Assembly: GCA_963755025.1 (NCBI GenBank)
Contig: CAVWIH010000036.1
Coordinates: 1 to 64,000 of the forward strand
Length of the DNA stretch: 64,000 nucleotides
DNA from: an uncultured Actinomycetes bacterium
GTDB lineage: Bacteria > Actinomycetota > Thermoleophilia > UBA2241
Direction of reading: 5' to 3'
Below are positions 63,534 to 64,000 of the stretch, piece after piece. Each line of letters begins with the position of its first letter. Within the stretch, counting starts at the first letter, position 1. A program made the position numbers and the translations under genes. The notes under the pieces were generated by a model that did no database searches, was not told the DNA's origin, and saw only the letters and a program-made list of their open reading frames with translations.

Positions 63534-64000
63534 TCGCTCTGGGCGGAGCCGGTGGCCTGGCCACCGGACACGTGGAACAGCGAATCGTAGATCATGCGGG
63601 CGGCGGGCGCGGCGGTCACGCCGCCATGCCCACCCTGCTGGATCATGACGACCACGACGTACTTGGGGTCGTTCGCGGGCGCATAGCTCGCATACCAGGC
63701 GTAGTCGCTCTGCCCCAGCACCTGAGCGGTCCCGGTCTTGCCGGCCACTTGCACGGGATAGTCGCCGAACGTGGCGTACGAGGTGCCCGACGGCGTGGTA
63801 GCGGCCAGGTGCAGCGCGTTCTGCACGACGCCGATGGTCTCCTGAGAGATGCCCAGGGAATGCGGCTGCGTGTACGGCAGGCGGCGTACCAGGTCGCCCT
63901 GGGCGTCGACGATCTTGACGCCGACGTGCGGGGTCACGAGGTAGCCGCCGTTGGCGATGGCGGCGTAGGTCACGGCGGCCTGCATGGGAGTGGTCTCGAG
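63530..64000 (-). CDS. mrdA: Penicillin-binding protein 2, C-terminal part (runs off the window)
   Basis: TPMQ....YAAIANGG, AGKTGTAQ, AWYASYAP..DP, GGHGG..AAP. Confidence 0.9.
   Translation of the reverse strand, partial: LETTPMQAAVTYAAIANGGYLVTPHVGVKIVDAQGDLVRRLPYTQPHSLGISQETIGVVQNALHLAATTPSGTSYATFGDYPVQVAGKTGTAQVLGQSDYAWYASYAPANDPKYVVVVMIQQGGHGGVTAAPAARMIYDSLFHVSGGQATGSAQSD

Overview
A very high-GC bacterial window with three parts. (1) Positions 1 to ~1115 hold the 5' part of a DUF882/YcbK (peptidase M15) gene of alphaproteobacterial type. It is joined at a C/T-rich low-complexity tract to a truncated MttB-family methyltransferase on the opposite strand, which is probably a chimeric junction. 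(2) ~1.1-21.4 kb is an accessory methylated-amine island. It contains the MttB-family fragment, an APH-type kinase, two DeoR/GlpR regulators, a corrinoid protein, hydroxypyruvate reductase and glycerate kinase, three APC permeases and two choline/ethanolamine-kinase-like genes. It also carries two paralogous, converging modules of uncharacterised nucleotidyltransferase + metallophosphoesterase + APC permease, and a dimethylamine methyltransferase (mtbB) with an in-frame TAG at the position of pyrrolysine in archaeal MtbB. (3) ~21.5-64 kb is almost all minus-strand housekeeping: ispH, plsC, cmk, aroA, tyrA, aroF, aroH, rluB, scpBA, ftsZ, parA, yajC, tgt, queA, queH, ruvBAC, yebC, pdxTS, EF-G-like, dinB, rsfS, nadD-yqeK, proAB, obg, rpmA, rplU, rne, a radical SAM pair, rodA and mrdA, with one IS481-family element. 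Gene order, GC content and a Gram-positive SOS box suggest a deep-branching actinobacterium such as Thermoleophilia (inference). Many genes, including essential ones, carry single-base frameshifts typical of uncorrected long-read errors. Top leads are the pyrrolysine-type mtbB in a genome that still uses TAG heavily as a stop, the rare-codon/hairpin patch right after that TAG, the duplicated NTase-phosphoesterase-permease module, and an orphan parA-ftsZ pair whose FtsZ starts with a ParB-like peptide. All product calls come from motif recognition; no database searches were run.
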